A stretch of 64,000 nucleotides of DNA from Gordonibacter sp. (lineage in GTDB: Bacteria; Actinomycetota; Coriobacteriia; Coriobacteriales; Eggerthellaceae): assembly GCF_036659115.1 (NCBI RefSeq), contig NZ_JAVXDF010000001.1; one strand, written 5' to 3'. A program made the translations under genes and the position numbers. The notes beneath the pieces were generated by a model. It had not been told where the DNA came from, made no database searches, and was given only the letters and a program-made list of their open reading frames with translations. This document shows, one piece after another, positions 1 to 9,982 of this stretch. The first letter of the stretch is position 1, and each line of letters starts with the position of its first letter.

Positions 1-2
1 GA

Positions 3-254
3 ACGAGCAGCGACTTCCGAGGTGTGGCTTTGAGCTTGACCGACGAAGGAAAGCAGCTCGCCAAGGAGTCCAAGCGACTGCATAGCGAGCATATGAAAGA
101 GGTCGTGGCCTTCATGGGCGAGGACGACATTCGCCATCTGATACGCATTCTCCGCAAGATCGTGGAATTCCACGAAGCCCCGCGCGATGCATCTGCAGAG
201 AGGGTCGACGAGGAAACCGACGAGCAAAAAGGAGGCGAGAGCCCGTGCGCGTAA
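3..254 (+). CDS. MarR-family transcriptional regulator, C-terminal part (5'-truncated by the window)
   Basis: Frame open from position 3: SSDFRGVALSLTDEGK matches the MarR wing motif DxR...LTxxG, followed by helical dimerisation segments; overlaps the ABC gene start. Confidence 0.75.
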   Translation, partial: TSSDFRGVALSLTDEGKQLAKESKRLHSEHMKEVVAFMGEDDIRHLIRILRKIVEFHEAPRDASAERVDEETDEQKGGESPCA

Positions 255-2407
255 TACGTTACCTTAAAAACGCCAAGATCGCGGTCGTTCTTATCGTGCT
301 GCTGCTGGTAGTGCAGGCGTTTACTGACCTGTCGCTGCCGAACTACACGTCGAAGATCGTCGACGTGGGCATCCAACAATCGGGCATCGAGCATGCGGCC
401 ACGACCGAGATGACCGCGAAGACGCACGATCTGGTGGCCATGATGCTGCCTGCGAGCGACGAGCAGACGTTCCGCGATGCCTATACCGAAACCGATGCGG
501 GCACCTACAAGCTGAACGCCCAAGGCGAGAAGGAGCAGGCAGCGCTGGATGGCATGGCGGCCATGCCTTTGGTTGCCATCCACAATGCCCAGCAGATTCC
601 CGACCTGGATCTCGACCAGGTCCTGCAAGCTTATCAGGCCGGGGTGGTGCAGAAAGACCAGATCCTCGACATGCTGAGCGAGGCCAAGAGCAAGATGGGC
701 GATAGGGGCGATTCCATCGTGCAGCAGCAGGCCATCGCTGCGGCTAGGGCGGAGTACGAATCGCTCGGCTACAATCTCTCCGATATGCAGATGGGCTATC
801 TTATCCAGATCGGCCTTATCATGCTGGGTCTGGCGGCGCTTGGCATGGTGGCTGCGGTCATCGTGGGCTACCTCGCCTCCCGTACGGCCGCCAAGGTGGG
901 CGCCACGTTGCGCGCGAAGCTGTTCCGCCAAGTGGTGTCGTTCTCCGACGCTGAGGTTCAGAGCTTCTCGGCGGCCTCGCTTATCACGCGCGGCACCAAC
1001 GACATCCAGCTTATCCAGATGATCACCGTCATGCTGCTGCGCATGGTGCTGTACGCGCCCATCTTGGCTATCGGCGGCATCATCATGGTGTCTCGTACGA
1101 ACCTGGCTATGAGCTGGATCATCATTCTTGCGGTCGTGGTCATCGGCGTGCTCATCGTCGTGCTCATGAAAGTGGCTATGCCCAAGTTCAAGATCATGCA
1201 GAAGCTGGTCGATCGGGTGAACCTTGTGTCGCGCGAGATACTTACCGGCCTACCCGTCATCCGCGCGTTCGACCGTCAAGAGCACGAGGAGCAGCGTTTC
1301 GATGCGGCCAGTGCGAACCTTATGAAGACGCAGTTGTTCACCAACCGCGTTATGACGTTCATGATGCCGCTGATGATGCTTATCATGAACGGCGTGAGTG
1401 TGCTTATCGTGTGGGTAGGCGGAAGCTACATCGACAACGGCACCATCCAGACTGGCGACATGATCGCGTTTATCACCTACTCCATGGTCATTATCATGGG
1501 CTTCCTCATGATCGGCATGATATCCATCATGCTGCCGCGTGCCGACGTGGCCGCGCAACGTGTCGACGAGGTGCTGAACACGCAGCCCACCATCTGCGAC
1601 CCGGTACCCGGTAAGGCCCAGGACGACGTGTTGGCCAGTTTTGCGGGCGGGGCGACCATTGCTTTCAGCAAGGTCAGCTTCAAGTACGGCGACTCGAAGG
1701 AGTGCGTGCTGGAGGACCTGGACTTCACCTGTGAGCCGGGCAAGACCACGGCCCTCATCGGGTCGACGGGTTCGGGCAAGTCAACCGTCATCAAGCTCAT
1801 CGAGCGCTTCTATGACGTCACGGGCGGCTCTATCACGTTAGACGGCGTGGACATTCGCGCTGTCAGCCAGGAGGCGCTTCGCGCGCAGCTGGGTTACGTG
1901 CCCCAGAAGGCGTTTTTGTTCTCGGGCACCATCGAGTCGAACATCGCCTACAGCGACGAGGGCATGCCTTCCGAACGCGTGCAAGCCGCTGCCGAGATTG
2001 CCCAGGCGGCCGATTTCATCGCGTCGAAGGATGAAGGCATGGAATCGGACGTGTCCCAAGGCGGCACGAACGTATCGGGAGGCCAGCGTCAACGTTTGGC
2101 CATAGCCCGCGCGCTTGCTACCGAGGCCCGCGCCTACTTGTTCGACGACAGCTTCTCGGCGCTGGACTACAAGACCGACGCGGCGCTGCGTCAAGAGCTG
2201 CATACGCGTCTTTCCGACAAGACGGTCGTGATCGTGGCCCAACGCATCTCCACCATCCTGCATGCCGACAAGATCGTCGTGCTGGACGATGGCCGGATCG
2301 TCGGCCAGGGCACGCATGACGAGTTGCTGAAAACCTGCGAAGAGTACCGGGAGATCGCGATGTCCCAGCTGTCGGCTGAGGAATTGAGCGGGGGTGATGC
2401 AGCATGA
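245..2407 (+). CDS. ABC exporter permease/ATPase, heterodimer subunit 1
   Basis: TM domain plus NBD: Walker A GSTGSGKS, signature VSGGQRQR, degenerate Walker B LFDD and switch AQR. Large extracytoplasmic insert after TM1. GTG start after GGAGG. Confidence 0.95.
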   Translation: MRVIRYLKNAKIAVVLIVLLLVVQAFTDLSLPNYTSKIVDVGIQQSGIEHAATTEMTAKTHDLVAMMLPASDEQTFRDAYTETDAGTYKLNAQGEKEQAALDGMAAMPLVAIHNAQQIPDLDLDQVLQAYQAGVVQKDQILDMLSEAKSKMGDRGDSIVQQQAIAAARAEYESLGYNLSDMQMGYLIQIGLIMLGLAALGMVAAVIVGYLASRTAAKVGATLRAKLFRQVVSFSDAEVQSFSAASLITRGTNDIQLIQMITVMLLRMVLYAPILAIGGIIMVSRTNLAMSWIIILAVVVIGVLIVVLMKVAMPKFKIMQKLVDRVNLVSREILTGLPVIRAFDRQEHEEQRFDAASANLMKTQLFTNRVMTFMMPLMMLIMNGVSVLIVWVGGSYIDNGTIQTGDMIAFITYSMVIIMGFLMIGMISIMLPRADVAAQRVDEVLNTQPTICDPVPGKAQDDVLASFAGGATIAFSKVSFKYGDSKECVLEDLDFTCEPGKTTALIGSTGSGKSTVIKLIERFYDVTGGSITLDGVDIRAVSQEALRAQLGYVPQKAFLFSGTIESNIAYSDEGMPSERVQAAAEIAQAADFIASKDEGMESDVSQGGTNVSGGQRQRLAIARALATEARAYLFDDSFSALDYKTDAALRQELHTRLSDKTVVIVAQRISTILHADKIVVLDDGRIVGQGTHDELLKTCEEYREIAMSQLSAEELSGGDAA

Positions 2408-4278
2408 GCGCGCAGACGAAAGCAGGCGCCCCTCGTCGTGGTCCTATGGGTGGCCACGGAGGGCATGGCCCCGGGGGCATGATGCCCGGCGAGAAGGCCA
2501 AGGACCTCAAAGGCACGCTCAAGAAGCTTGTCGGCTTCATGGGCCGCTTCAAGGTCGGGATAGCCGTAGTGCTCGTGTTCGCCGTCGCCTCCACGGTGTT
2601 CACCACCGTCGGCCCCAAGGTCATGGGACAAGCAACGACCGAGCTGTTCAACGGCATCGTGGCCAAGATCGGTGGCACCGGCGACATCAACTTCGACCTG
2701 ATCGCGCAGATCCTGCTGTTCACCATGGGGCTATACCTGATCAGCGCTGCCTGCTCGTTCGTGCAAGGCTGGATGATGAGCTCCATCTCCCAGCGCACGT
2801 GCTACGAGCTGCGCCGCGACATCGCGTCGAAGATCGACCGCATGCCCATGGGCTACTTCGAGCGCAACTCGGTGGGCGACACGCTCTCGCGCATCACCAA
2901 CGATGTCGACACGCTCGGCCAAAGCCTGAACCAGGGCATCACCCAGCTCATCACGTCGGTGGTGTCCATCATTGGCGTGCTAGTCATGATGCTTACCATC
3001 AACCCCCTCATGACGCTTATCACCGTGGTCATCCTTCCCATTTCGCTGGGACTTATCATGATCGTGGTGAAGAAGTCGCAGAAGTTCTTCTTCGCGCAGC
3101 AAAAGACGCTCGGCGAGATCAACGGCATCGTCGAGGAGACGTTCTCGGGACATGCCATCGTGAAAGCGTTTAACCGCGAGGACGGCACGGTGGACACGTT
3201 CAACGAGACGAACGCCCGCCTGTACAACTCGGCGTGGAAGTCTCAGTTCATCTCGGGCCTCATGCAGCCTATCATGGGCTTTGTGAGCAACCTCGGCTAC
3301 GTCGTGGTGGCCATTACCGGCAGTTTCATGGCCGTGCAGGGCATCATCACGGTGGGCGACATCCAGGCGTTCATCCAGTACGTGAAGAACTTCACGCAGC
3401 CCATTACGCAACTGACGCAGGTGTCCAACGTGCTGCAGCAGATGGCGGCGGCGGCCGAGCGTATCTTCGAGTTCCTCGACGCACCCGAGGAGGAACCCGA
3501 CCACGTGACGGCTCGCTCCGAAGATGCCTGCTGCGGGGTCGAGTTCGAGCACGTGCATTTCGGCTACGATCCGGAAAGGCCGGTTATCGAGGACTTCTCG
3601 GCCACGGTTGAGGAAGGCCAGACGATTGCGCTCGTCGGTCCTACGGGTGCCGGCAAGACCACGATGGTGAAGCTGCTCATGCGCTTCTACGACGTGCAGG
3701 CGGGCTCCATCAAGATAGGCGGCCATGACCTGCGCGAGTTCGCGCGGGACGACCTGCGCAGCATGTTCGGCATGGTTTTGCAGGATACCTGGCTGTTCAA
3801 CGGCACGATCCGCGACAATATCCGCTACGGCAAGCTCGACGCTACCGACGAAGAGGTGGAGGCAGCGGCGAAAGCGGCCTACGTTTACCACTTCATCCAG
3901 ACGCTTCCTGCGGGCTTCGACACCGAGATCAACGAGGATGCCAGCAATATCAGCCAAGGCCAACGACAGCTGCTGACTATCGCACGCGCTATCCTAGCCG
4001 ATCGCCGTATGCTCATCTTGGACGAGGCCACCAGTTCGGTGGACACGCGCACCGAGGAGCGCATCCAGAAGGCTATGGACAACCTCATGGCCGGGCGCAC
4101 CTCGTTCGTCATCGCGCACCGCCTGTCCACCATTCGCTCGGCGAACCTCATCCTCGTCATGCGCGATGGCGACATCGTGGAGCAAGGCACGCACGAACAA
4201 TTACTCGAACTTGGCGGTTTCTACGCGGAGCTGTATAATTCACAGTTCGCTGAGACTATCGACGAGGCGGAGGAATAG
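2404..4278 (+). CDS. ABC exporter permease/ATPase, heterodimer subunit 2
   Basis: Walker A GPTGAGKT, degenerate signature ISQGQRQ, canonical ILDEATS and AHRL. ATGA overlap with subunit 1. TM287/288-like asymmetry. Confidence 0.95.
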   Translation: MSAQTKAGAPRRGPMGGHGGHGPGGMMPGEKAKDLKGTLKKLVGFMGRFKVGIAVVLVFAVASTVFTTVGPKVMGQATTELFNGIVAKIGGTGDINFDLIAQILLFTMGLYLISAACSFVQGWMMSSISQRTCYELRRDIASKIDRMPMGYFERNSVGDTLSRITNDVDTLGQSLNQGITQLITSVVSIIGVLVMMLTINPLMTLITVVILPISLGLIMIVVKKSQKFFFAQQKTLGEINGIVEETFSGHAIVKAFNREDGTVDTFNETNARLYNSAWKSQFISGLMQPIMGFVSNLGYVVVAITGSFMAVQGIITVGDIQAFIQYVKNFTQPITQLTQVSNVLQQMAAAAERIFEFLDAPEEEPDHVTARSEDACCGVEFEHVHFGYDPERPVIEDFSATVEEGQTIALVGPTGAGKTTMVKLLMRFYDVQAGSIKIGGHDLREFARDDLRSMFGMVLQDTWLFNGTIRDNIRYGKLDATDEEVEAAAKAAYVYHFIQTLPAGFDTEINEDASNISQGQRQLLTIARAILADRRMLILDEATSSVDTRTEERIQKAMDNLMAGRTSFVIAHRLSTIRSANLILVMRDGDIVEQGTHEQLLELGGFYAELYNSQFAETIDEAEE

Positions 4279-4369
4279 CGCTGAGGGGAATGCGCTGTCC
4301 TTGCCGAGGTGGAACCATGTATGGCTCTGCCTCGGCTACCGCATCGCTCGAACGGACGAGGATGGCCGC

Positions 4370-5089
4370 ATGCCCCTAAAGGGAGCCGATTGCACAACCG
4401 ACGAGACGCAAGCCGCACCTGCAACCCGGGTGCAGCTTGCCGTATTCGATTTCGATGGCACCAGTATCTGCGGTAATTCGCCGGTGATGCTGGTGTGGTA
4501 CCTCAGGCGGCGCCACCTGCTTAGGAAGAGCGTCGTTTTGCGCATCCTGGTGTGGGCTGCCGCCTACAAGCTGCGCCTGCCGCAAAACGAGAGCTCGGTG
4601 CGCAGCCTGGTGTTCACGGCATTCGAAGGAAAGCCGGCCGCCGAGGTCGATCGATTCCTTGCCGGATTCTACGACGAGTGCGTGGCACCTCGGTTCCGTC
4701 CGCAGGCCGATGCTGCCATGCGTGCACATACGCAGGCGGGCGAGGTGGTCCTGGTCATCTCGGCCACGTTCGAGCCCATCATCCTGCAGGCCATGCAGCA
4801 CCACCCCTTCAAGCATCAGATATCCACGCGCATGCGCATCGCCCCGGACGGCACCTACACGAGGGAAGTGGAGGGGTTGCCTGTCGAAGGCGAGCAGAAG
4901 CTCGATGCGGTGAAGCACTTTGGCGACGAGCATTACGGCCCTGGGAACTGGGAGCTTGCGGCCGCTTACGGCGACCATCACTCCGACCGGGCCGTATTGG
5001 CGGCTGCCCGGCGGGCCTTCGCGGTGAATCCCGACCGACCGCTTATGCGCACGGCTCGCAAGCGGAACTGGGATGTGGTGGCCTGGTAG
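4370..5089 (+). CDS. HAD-IB family hydrolase (SerB-like phosphatase)
   Basis: Motif I FDFDGT, motif II ISAT, motif IV YGDHHSD and VNPD. Start trimmed to the ATG after GAGGA. Confidence 0.85.
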   Translation: MPLKGADCTTDETQAAPATRVQLAVFDFDGTSICGNSPVMLVWYLRRRHLLRKSVVLRILVWAAAYKLRLPQNESSVRSLVFTAFEGKPAAEVDRFLAGFYDECVAPRFRPQADAAMRAHTQAGEVVLVISATFEPIILQAMQHHPFKHQISTRMRIAPDGTYTREVEGLPVEGEQKLDAVKHFGDEHYGPGNWELAAAYGDHHSDRAVLAAARRAFAVNPDRPLMRTARKRNWDVVAW

Positions 5090-5245
5090 CGCTGCTCTAG
5101 GTTTCGTTGGTAGGTTTCGTTCCTGTGACATTTCATGTTTTTACGCTGCGGCCTCTGTTGTCGCGCTCGACTCCGGTAAAATGCGACTTGAGTATATACA
5201 TTTGCGCAAAAGCGCAATTTCTATAGCTGCGAAGGAGGTGGGCCC

Positions 5246-6859
5246 ATGTTCGAGAACGCTGACACGAACAGCTCGCCAAGCCAGAACGACGAATATGACA
5301 ACAGCTCTTCCACCGACTACCTGCGCCGTGCCGCGCAGGCCAGCGCGGCGGGAGACGCCGTGCTGGGCATGCACCTGTACCTTGCTGCGTTCGAGCGAGG
5401 TACACATGGTGCCTATGCCCCTGATGACGAAGCGATCGACGGGCTGCGCCAGGCATGGTCGCTGGCCTGCAAGCTGAAGGAGCGCTCGCTGGCAGAGTAC
5501 ATTTTCGAGAAGCTCGAGCCTTTCATGGCTCCCGGTGAGGTGTCTGCCTGCGCCGAGCAGCTGCAGCGCTTGGCGTTGGATAAGCTGGAGGAATTCGGTC
5601 TGACCCGCGAGGATCTCGAGGACATGACTGATATAATCTCGCAGGATTTCCTGGGTATCGATGCGCCGCGCCTGATGCAGGTAGAGCATGTGACGCTGCC
5701 GAGTGTATTCGGCTCGGGCCTGAAAGTGTCGGGCAAAACGAAGGCCGAAACCGTGGTCGATGCGGCAGACAGCGAGCAGGCTGCGGTGAAAAAAGAGGCT
5801 CTTGCCCTCGGTGCAGATACGGTGGAGACGACGACTCTTGATGCCTCGGCGGAACGCTCGGCTGCGATCGTGCCCGCAGCGCAGGCGGCCGAAGACGGGG
5901 TCGACGATGCCGATGCCCATGCGGTGGTGGTATCGCTCGAGCGCATCACCTATGCCGACATCGTCGGATACCGTGACACGGTGGCGCTCATGCGCGATTT
6001 CGGCGTGGGCATGCAAGGCGATGCCCAGTTCCAGGACTTGGTCTCGTTGTTGAACGCCCGCCACGGCCTGGACAGCATGCCGGCTGCCGATGCCATCTTG
6101 TTCCGCTCGCCCGCGCGCGAGGACGCGAACCGCTTCATGGTGGCCACCCTTGGCGAGTTGGACATGCCGACTATCCGTATGCGCATGGAAGAGAACTTGC
6201 AGGGCATGCCGGTGCTGTGCGTTATGGCCCAGGCCGACAACCAGCCCAAGCTGAACGCGGCGCGCAATACCTTCGAGGGACCAGGGGTGTTGCTGCTGGA
6301 GGATCTGGACCTTTGGGTGTCGCCCTATGCGGACCCGCTGGACGAGATGGGCGGATTCGTGTTCTCCAGCCTTTCTCGCGGTGCGCGCGAGACTATCGGC
6401 CTGATCCGCTCGGCGGCCGAGAGTCCTGACGTGTTCGTGTTGGCAAGCGCGTCTGAGGAGGGTGAGATCGACCCCTTCTTCTACGATCTGCTGGAGCCTT
6501 TGTCCATCGTGGACATCGACTATCCCACGCCGGCCGAGCGGGCGGACATTTGGATGGAGATCGCCCGCGAGCATCCGTCGCTGCGCAGTATCTGCCGCGC
6601 CGACCTGGTGAAGTACTCTGAGGGCATGCCGCGCTACGATATGTACCTGGCTGCCCGCGAAGCGGTTGAGGAAGCCTACAAAGCTGGCCTCATGACACGC
6701 CGCTACGTGGCGGTGACGAAAGACAACCTGTTTGAGAAGCTGGCGGCCTATCAGCCGCTGGACTCGGCTGAGTACCATGCGCTCGAAGATGCGGTCGTGG
6801 TTGATTTCAGACGCGAATTGGAGCATCTCGACGATCTGCTGAAAGGAACCGGGGAGTAG
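5246..6859 (+). CDS. AAA+ ATPase-like protein with degenerate Walker A and helical N-terminus
   Basis: ITYADIVG, LLLEDLD (Walker B-like) and IDYPTPAERADIW are AAA+ hallmarks; the P-loop position reads FRSPAREDAN. Strong RBS AAGGAGG. Confidence 0.65.
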   Translation: MFENADTNSSPSQNDEYDNSSSTDYLRRAAQASAAGDAVLGMHLYLAAFERGTHGAYAPDDEAIDGLRQAWSLACKLKERSLAEYIFEKLEPFMAPGEVSACAEQLQRLALDKLEEFGLTREDLEDMTDIISQDFLGIDAPRLMQVEHVTLPSVFGSGLKVSGKTKAETVVDAADSEQAAVKKEALALGADTVETTTLDASAERSAAIVPAAQAAEDGVDDADAHAVVVSLERITYADIVGYRDTVALMRDFGVGMQGDAQFQDLVSLLNARHGLDSMPAADAILFRSPAREDANRFMVATLGELDMPTIRMRMEENLQGMPVLCVMAQADNQPKLNAARNTFEGPGVLLLEDLDLWVSPYADPLDEMGGFVFSSLSRGARETIGLIRSAAESPDVFVLASASEEGEIDPFFYDLLEPLSIVDIDYPTPAERADIWMEIAREHPSLRSICRADLVKYSEGMPRYDMYLAAREAVEEAYKAGLMTRRYVAVTKDNLFEKLAAYQPLDSAEYHALEDAVVVDFRRELEHLDDLLKGTGE

Positions 6860-6864
6860 GAGAT

Positions 6865-7413
6865 ATGGATATCACGCGACGTTGCGATTATGCCTGCCGA
6901 ATTCTCCGTGCTGCTTACAAGAGCGGTGACTCTTACGTCTCGGTGTCGGATATTGCCGAGGCCGAAGATATCCCTTATGCGTTCGCCCGCAGCATCCAGC
7001 ATGACTTGGTGAAGGCGGAGCTTATCAAGACGGTGCGCGGCGCACGGGGAGGCTTAGTGCTGAACTGCGATCCTGCCGAGGTGACCTTGCTCGAGGTGCT
7101 GGAGTCCATCCAGGGTCCCGTGAGCGTGTCTCTCTGCGCTATCGATCCTGAATACTGCGAGAAGCAGGAAGGGTGCGCGTACAACAAGGTTTGGCAAGGT
7201 GCCGATCGTCTGCTGAACGGGTACTTTGCCGCCATCACGTTGAAAGATCTGTTCGAGCAAGGCGGTACGCATCCCGCGGTGGTGGCGGCTATGGCTTCGG
7301 GCGACGGGCCGACCTCCTGCGCGGGTATGAACGACAAGGCCTCAGGCGGGGGAGCGGGCAGCTGCGCTTGCCCGAGTGACGCGACGTCCTGTACCTGTCG
7401 GTCATGCCGCTGA
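6865..7413 (+). CDS. Rrf2-family transcriptional regulator with Fe-S-type cysteines
   Basis: DYACRIL, IAEAEDIP, VRGARGG, TLLEVLESIQG and CAIDPEYCEKQEGC. Confidence 0.9.
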   Translation: MDITRRCDYACRILRAAYKSGDSYVSVSDIAEAEDIPYAFARSIQHDLVKAELIKTVRGARGGLVLNCDPAEVTLLEVLESIQGPVSVSLCAIDPEYCEKQEGCAYNKVWQGADRLLNGYFAAITLKDLFEQGGTHPAVVAAMASGDGPTSCAGMNDKASGGGAGSCACPSDATSCTCRSCR

Positions 7414-8279
7414 CGCAGGACGCGTGTCCTGTGTGGCCGTGCGACGACCCGGACCGCGACGCGTTCATCGCCCAAGTGCGTATGCAGGGAGCGAGGCTCT
7501 ACCGCGACCTTCCGTGGAGGAACCTGGACGACCCCTATGCCGTGCTCGTATCCGAGATTATGCTGCAGCAGACCCAAGTGGCGCGGGTGGGGCGGTTTTG
7601 GGAGCGTTTCCTGGCGCGGTTTCCCACCCTCGATGCCCTGGCATCGGCCGGTACGGCCGACGTATTGGAGATGTGGCAGGGGCTCGGCTACAACCGCCGG
7701 GCGTTGGCGCTGAAGAAGACGGCGGACGTGTGCGCCGCTGAACGGGGAGGAACACTGCCCGATACGGCTGAGGAGTTGCAGGCGCTGCCGGGCATCGGCC
7801 CGGCTACGGCAGCCGGGGTCGTCGCCTTCGCCTTCAACCGCCCCTCGCTGTACCTTGAGACGAACGTGCGCACGGTGTTTCTGCACGAGCTGTACCCCGA
7901 CTGCGAGGGCGTGAGCGACAAGCAGCTGGTGCCGCTGGTGGCCGACACGTGTCCCCCCGACGATGCACGGGCGTGGTACTACGCGCTGCTGGATTACGGT
8001 GCGCATCTGAAAACGCAGGTGGCAAACCCCTCGCGCCGCAGCGCGCACTATACGCGCCAGTCGGCCTTCGAGGGCTCTCGGCGCCAGAAACGCGCCGAGC
8101 TTGTGCGCGTCGTGCTGGCGGCGCCCGGCATCACCGCGGACGAGCTGGCAGTCCGTCTCGACGAGTTCGAGCGGGCCGGGGCGCGCGACGGCGTGGATGC
8201 GGTAATCTTTGACAGCATCGTGGCAGATCTCGTGTCCGAAGGCTTTTTCCGTCGCGACGGCGACGTTTTCCTTCCCTGA
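7404..8279 (+). CDS. mutY: A/G-specific adenine glycosylase, MutY family, lacking the [4Fe-4S] motif
   Basis: RDLPWR, VLVSEIMLQQTQV, WQGLGYNRRA, HhH motif LPGIGPATA. Confidence 0.85.
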   Translation: MPLTQDACPVWPCDDPDRDAFIAQVRMQGARLYRDLPWRNLDDPYAVLVSEIMLQQTQVARVGRFWERFLARFPTLDALASAGTADVLEMWQGLGYNRRALALKKTADVCAAERGGTLPDTAEELQALPGIGPATAAGVVAFAFNRPSLYLETNVRTVFLHELYPDCEGVSDKQLVPLVADTCPPDDARAWYYALLDYGAHLKTQVANPSRRSAHYTRQSAFEGSRRQKRAELVRVVLAAPGITADELAVRLDEFERAGARDGVDAVIFDSIVADLVSEGFFRRDGDVFLP

Positions 8280-8308
8280 CCGAAAAGCTGTGGTAGAATC
8301 CCTCTACT

Positions 8309-8401
8309 CCGTGAGGGAGTAGTCGATGCCGAAAGGCGTGGCTGCGTCAACATACTGCTTCCAGGCGAAGCTGGCGCACTCTTAAACGACAAGACTCGCG
8401 G
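8309..8401 (+). ncRNA. yybP-ykoY (Mn2+) riboswitch
   Basis: GGGAGTAG ... CGTCAACATAC ... CTGGCG ... ACAAGAC; outer stem CCGTGAG/CTCGCGG; extended -10 TGGTAGAAT just upstream; directly precedes mntP. Confidence 0.85.
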
Positions 8402-8530
8402 TGTGGCGTACTCGTCGCACCGTTCATCAGATAGCCGGCGCGCGTATGCGTCGGTATTTTTTTGCCTATCGTCCGAAAGGGCGCTGCGGGTTGCGGCTGG
8501 GGTGGCTGCGATAAGACGAGAGGACTATCC

Positions 8531-9109
8531 ATGGGATTCGTAGAGCTGTTGTTGATTGCAGTAGGGTTGTCTATGGACGCCTTCGCGGTGTCTATCTGCA
8601 AGGGCTTGTGCATGAAGCGCCTAAACTTGCGCCAAGCCGCCGTCATCGCGCTGTTCTTCGGTGGCTTCCAGGCTGTCATGCCGCTGATCGGCTGGGCGCT
8701 CGGCACGCAGTTCGAACGGTTCATCACGCCGGTAGACCATTGGATCGCTTTTGTGTTGCTGGCCTTAATCGGCGGGAAGATGCTTTGGGATGCCTTCCAT
8801 GGCGATGACGAGGACTCCTCGTGTCCGGTGGACGGCAAGCTGAATATGCGCGAGCTTACCATGATGGCCGTGGCCACGAGCATCGATGCCTTGGCCGTGG
8901 GTATCACGTTCGCTTTCCTGAGCGTGGACATCGCCCCCGCGGTGGGCCTCATCGGCGCCACGACGTTCGCCCTGTCCTTGGTGGGCGTGGCGGTGGGCCA
9001 TCGTTTCGGTGCGCGCTACGAGAAGCCCGCCACCATAGCGGGCGGTGCCGTCCTTATCCTCATAGGTTTGAAGATACTGCTCGAGCACCTAGGTGTCATC
9101 GCGTTTTAG
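8531..9109 (+). CDS. mntP: Manganese efflux pump MntP
   Basis: GLSMDAFAVS and ATSIDALAVG motifs, about 6 TM segments, RBS GAGGA. Confidence 0.93.
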   Translation: MGFVELLLIAVGLSMDAFAVSICKGLCMKRLNLRQAAVIALFFGGFQAVMPLIGWALGTQFERFITPVDHWIAFVLLALIGGKMLWDAFHGDDEDSSCPVDGKLNMRELTMMAVATSIDALAVGITFAFLSVDIAPAVGLIGATTFALSLVGVAVGHRFGARYEKPATIAGGAVLILIGLKILLEHLGVIAF

Positions 9110-9130
9110 CGCCGCGCGGAGGCGTGCCGC

Positions 9131-9982
9131 CTACACGATGGGGTAGCTTCCCAGCACCTTCACTTCGCGCAGCTTCAGGCGCAGGCAGTTCAAGGCGGTC
9201 TGCACGGTGGGGTCGTTCTCGGAACCTTCGAACTCGATGAAGAACATGTAGTCGCCCAGCGCCTGTTTGGTGGGGCGCGACTGGATCAGGGACAGGTCGA
9301 TGCCGGCGAAGGCGAACTCCGAGAGGATCATGTGCAGCGTTCCCGCGCGGTTCACCTGCAAGAAGAGGGCAATCGACGTCTTGAGCTTCGTCCCGGAGAA
9401 CACCGGCGGGTGTCCTTGACGGCCGACCAGGGCGAACGCCGTCTGGTTTCCGAAGTGGTCCTCGATGTCGCGCTCGCAGACGCGCGCTCCGTGGCATTCG
9501 GCGGCGAACGCGTTGGCGATGCCTGCGATATGCGGGTTACTCGCGGCTAGGCGCGCGCTTTCGGCGGTGGACGAGGTGGTGATGGCGGTGCGGCCGGGGA
9601 GCCGCTCGTTTAGGAAGCGGCGGCATTGCGCGAGCCCCTGGGCATGCGAGGCCACGGTGGTGATGTCCTCCATCGTGGCGTCGGGGTGTATGACCAGGCA
9701 ATGATGGATGTCGACGACCTCCTCGCCCAAGATGCTGGCCGAGCTTTTGAACGCGAAGTTGTCGAGCGTGGCCGTGACGGATCCTTCGAGCGAGTTCTCC
9801 TTGGCCACGACGCCGTACTCGCATTTGCCGCGGTCTACGCAGTCGAACACCTCGTCGAACGAAGTGCATTCCAGAAGCTGCGGCTCGCCGATGCCGAGCC
9901 GCGCGGCGAAGGCGCGCGTTGCCTCGTCGGTGTAGGTGCCGGCGGGGCCGAGGTAGGCGAATACGGGTCCAAGGGGGGTCAT
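9131..9982 (-). CDS. pheA: Prephenate dehydratase
   Basis: AYLGPAGTYT, ENSLEGSV, SHAQGLAQC; C-terminal ACT domain with IQSRP and YMFFIE. Confidence 0.93.
   Translation of the reverse strand: MTPLGPVFAYLGPAGTYTDEATRAFAARLGIGEPQLLECTSFDEVFDCVDRGKCEYGVVAKENSLEGSVTATLDNFAFKSSASILGEEVVDIHHCLVIHPDATMEDITTVASHAQGLAQCRRFLNERLPGRTAITTSSTAESARLAASNPHIAGIANAFAAECHGARVCERDIEDHFGNQTAFALVGRQGHPPVFSGTKLKTSIALFLQVNRAGTLHMILSEFAFAGIDLSLIQSRPTKQALGDYMFFIEFEGSENDPTVQTALNCLRLKLREVKVLGSYPIV

Noticed and set aside
5246-6859. Ribonucleotide reductase alpha subunit (a label I recall on similar proteins)
   Set aside because: No RNR catalytic motifs such as NPCxE; the sequence features fit a degenerate AAA+ domain.
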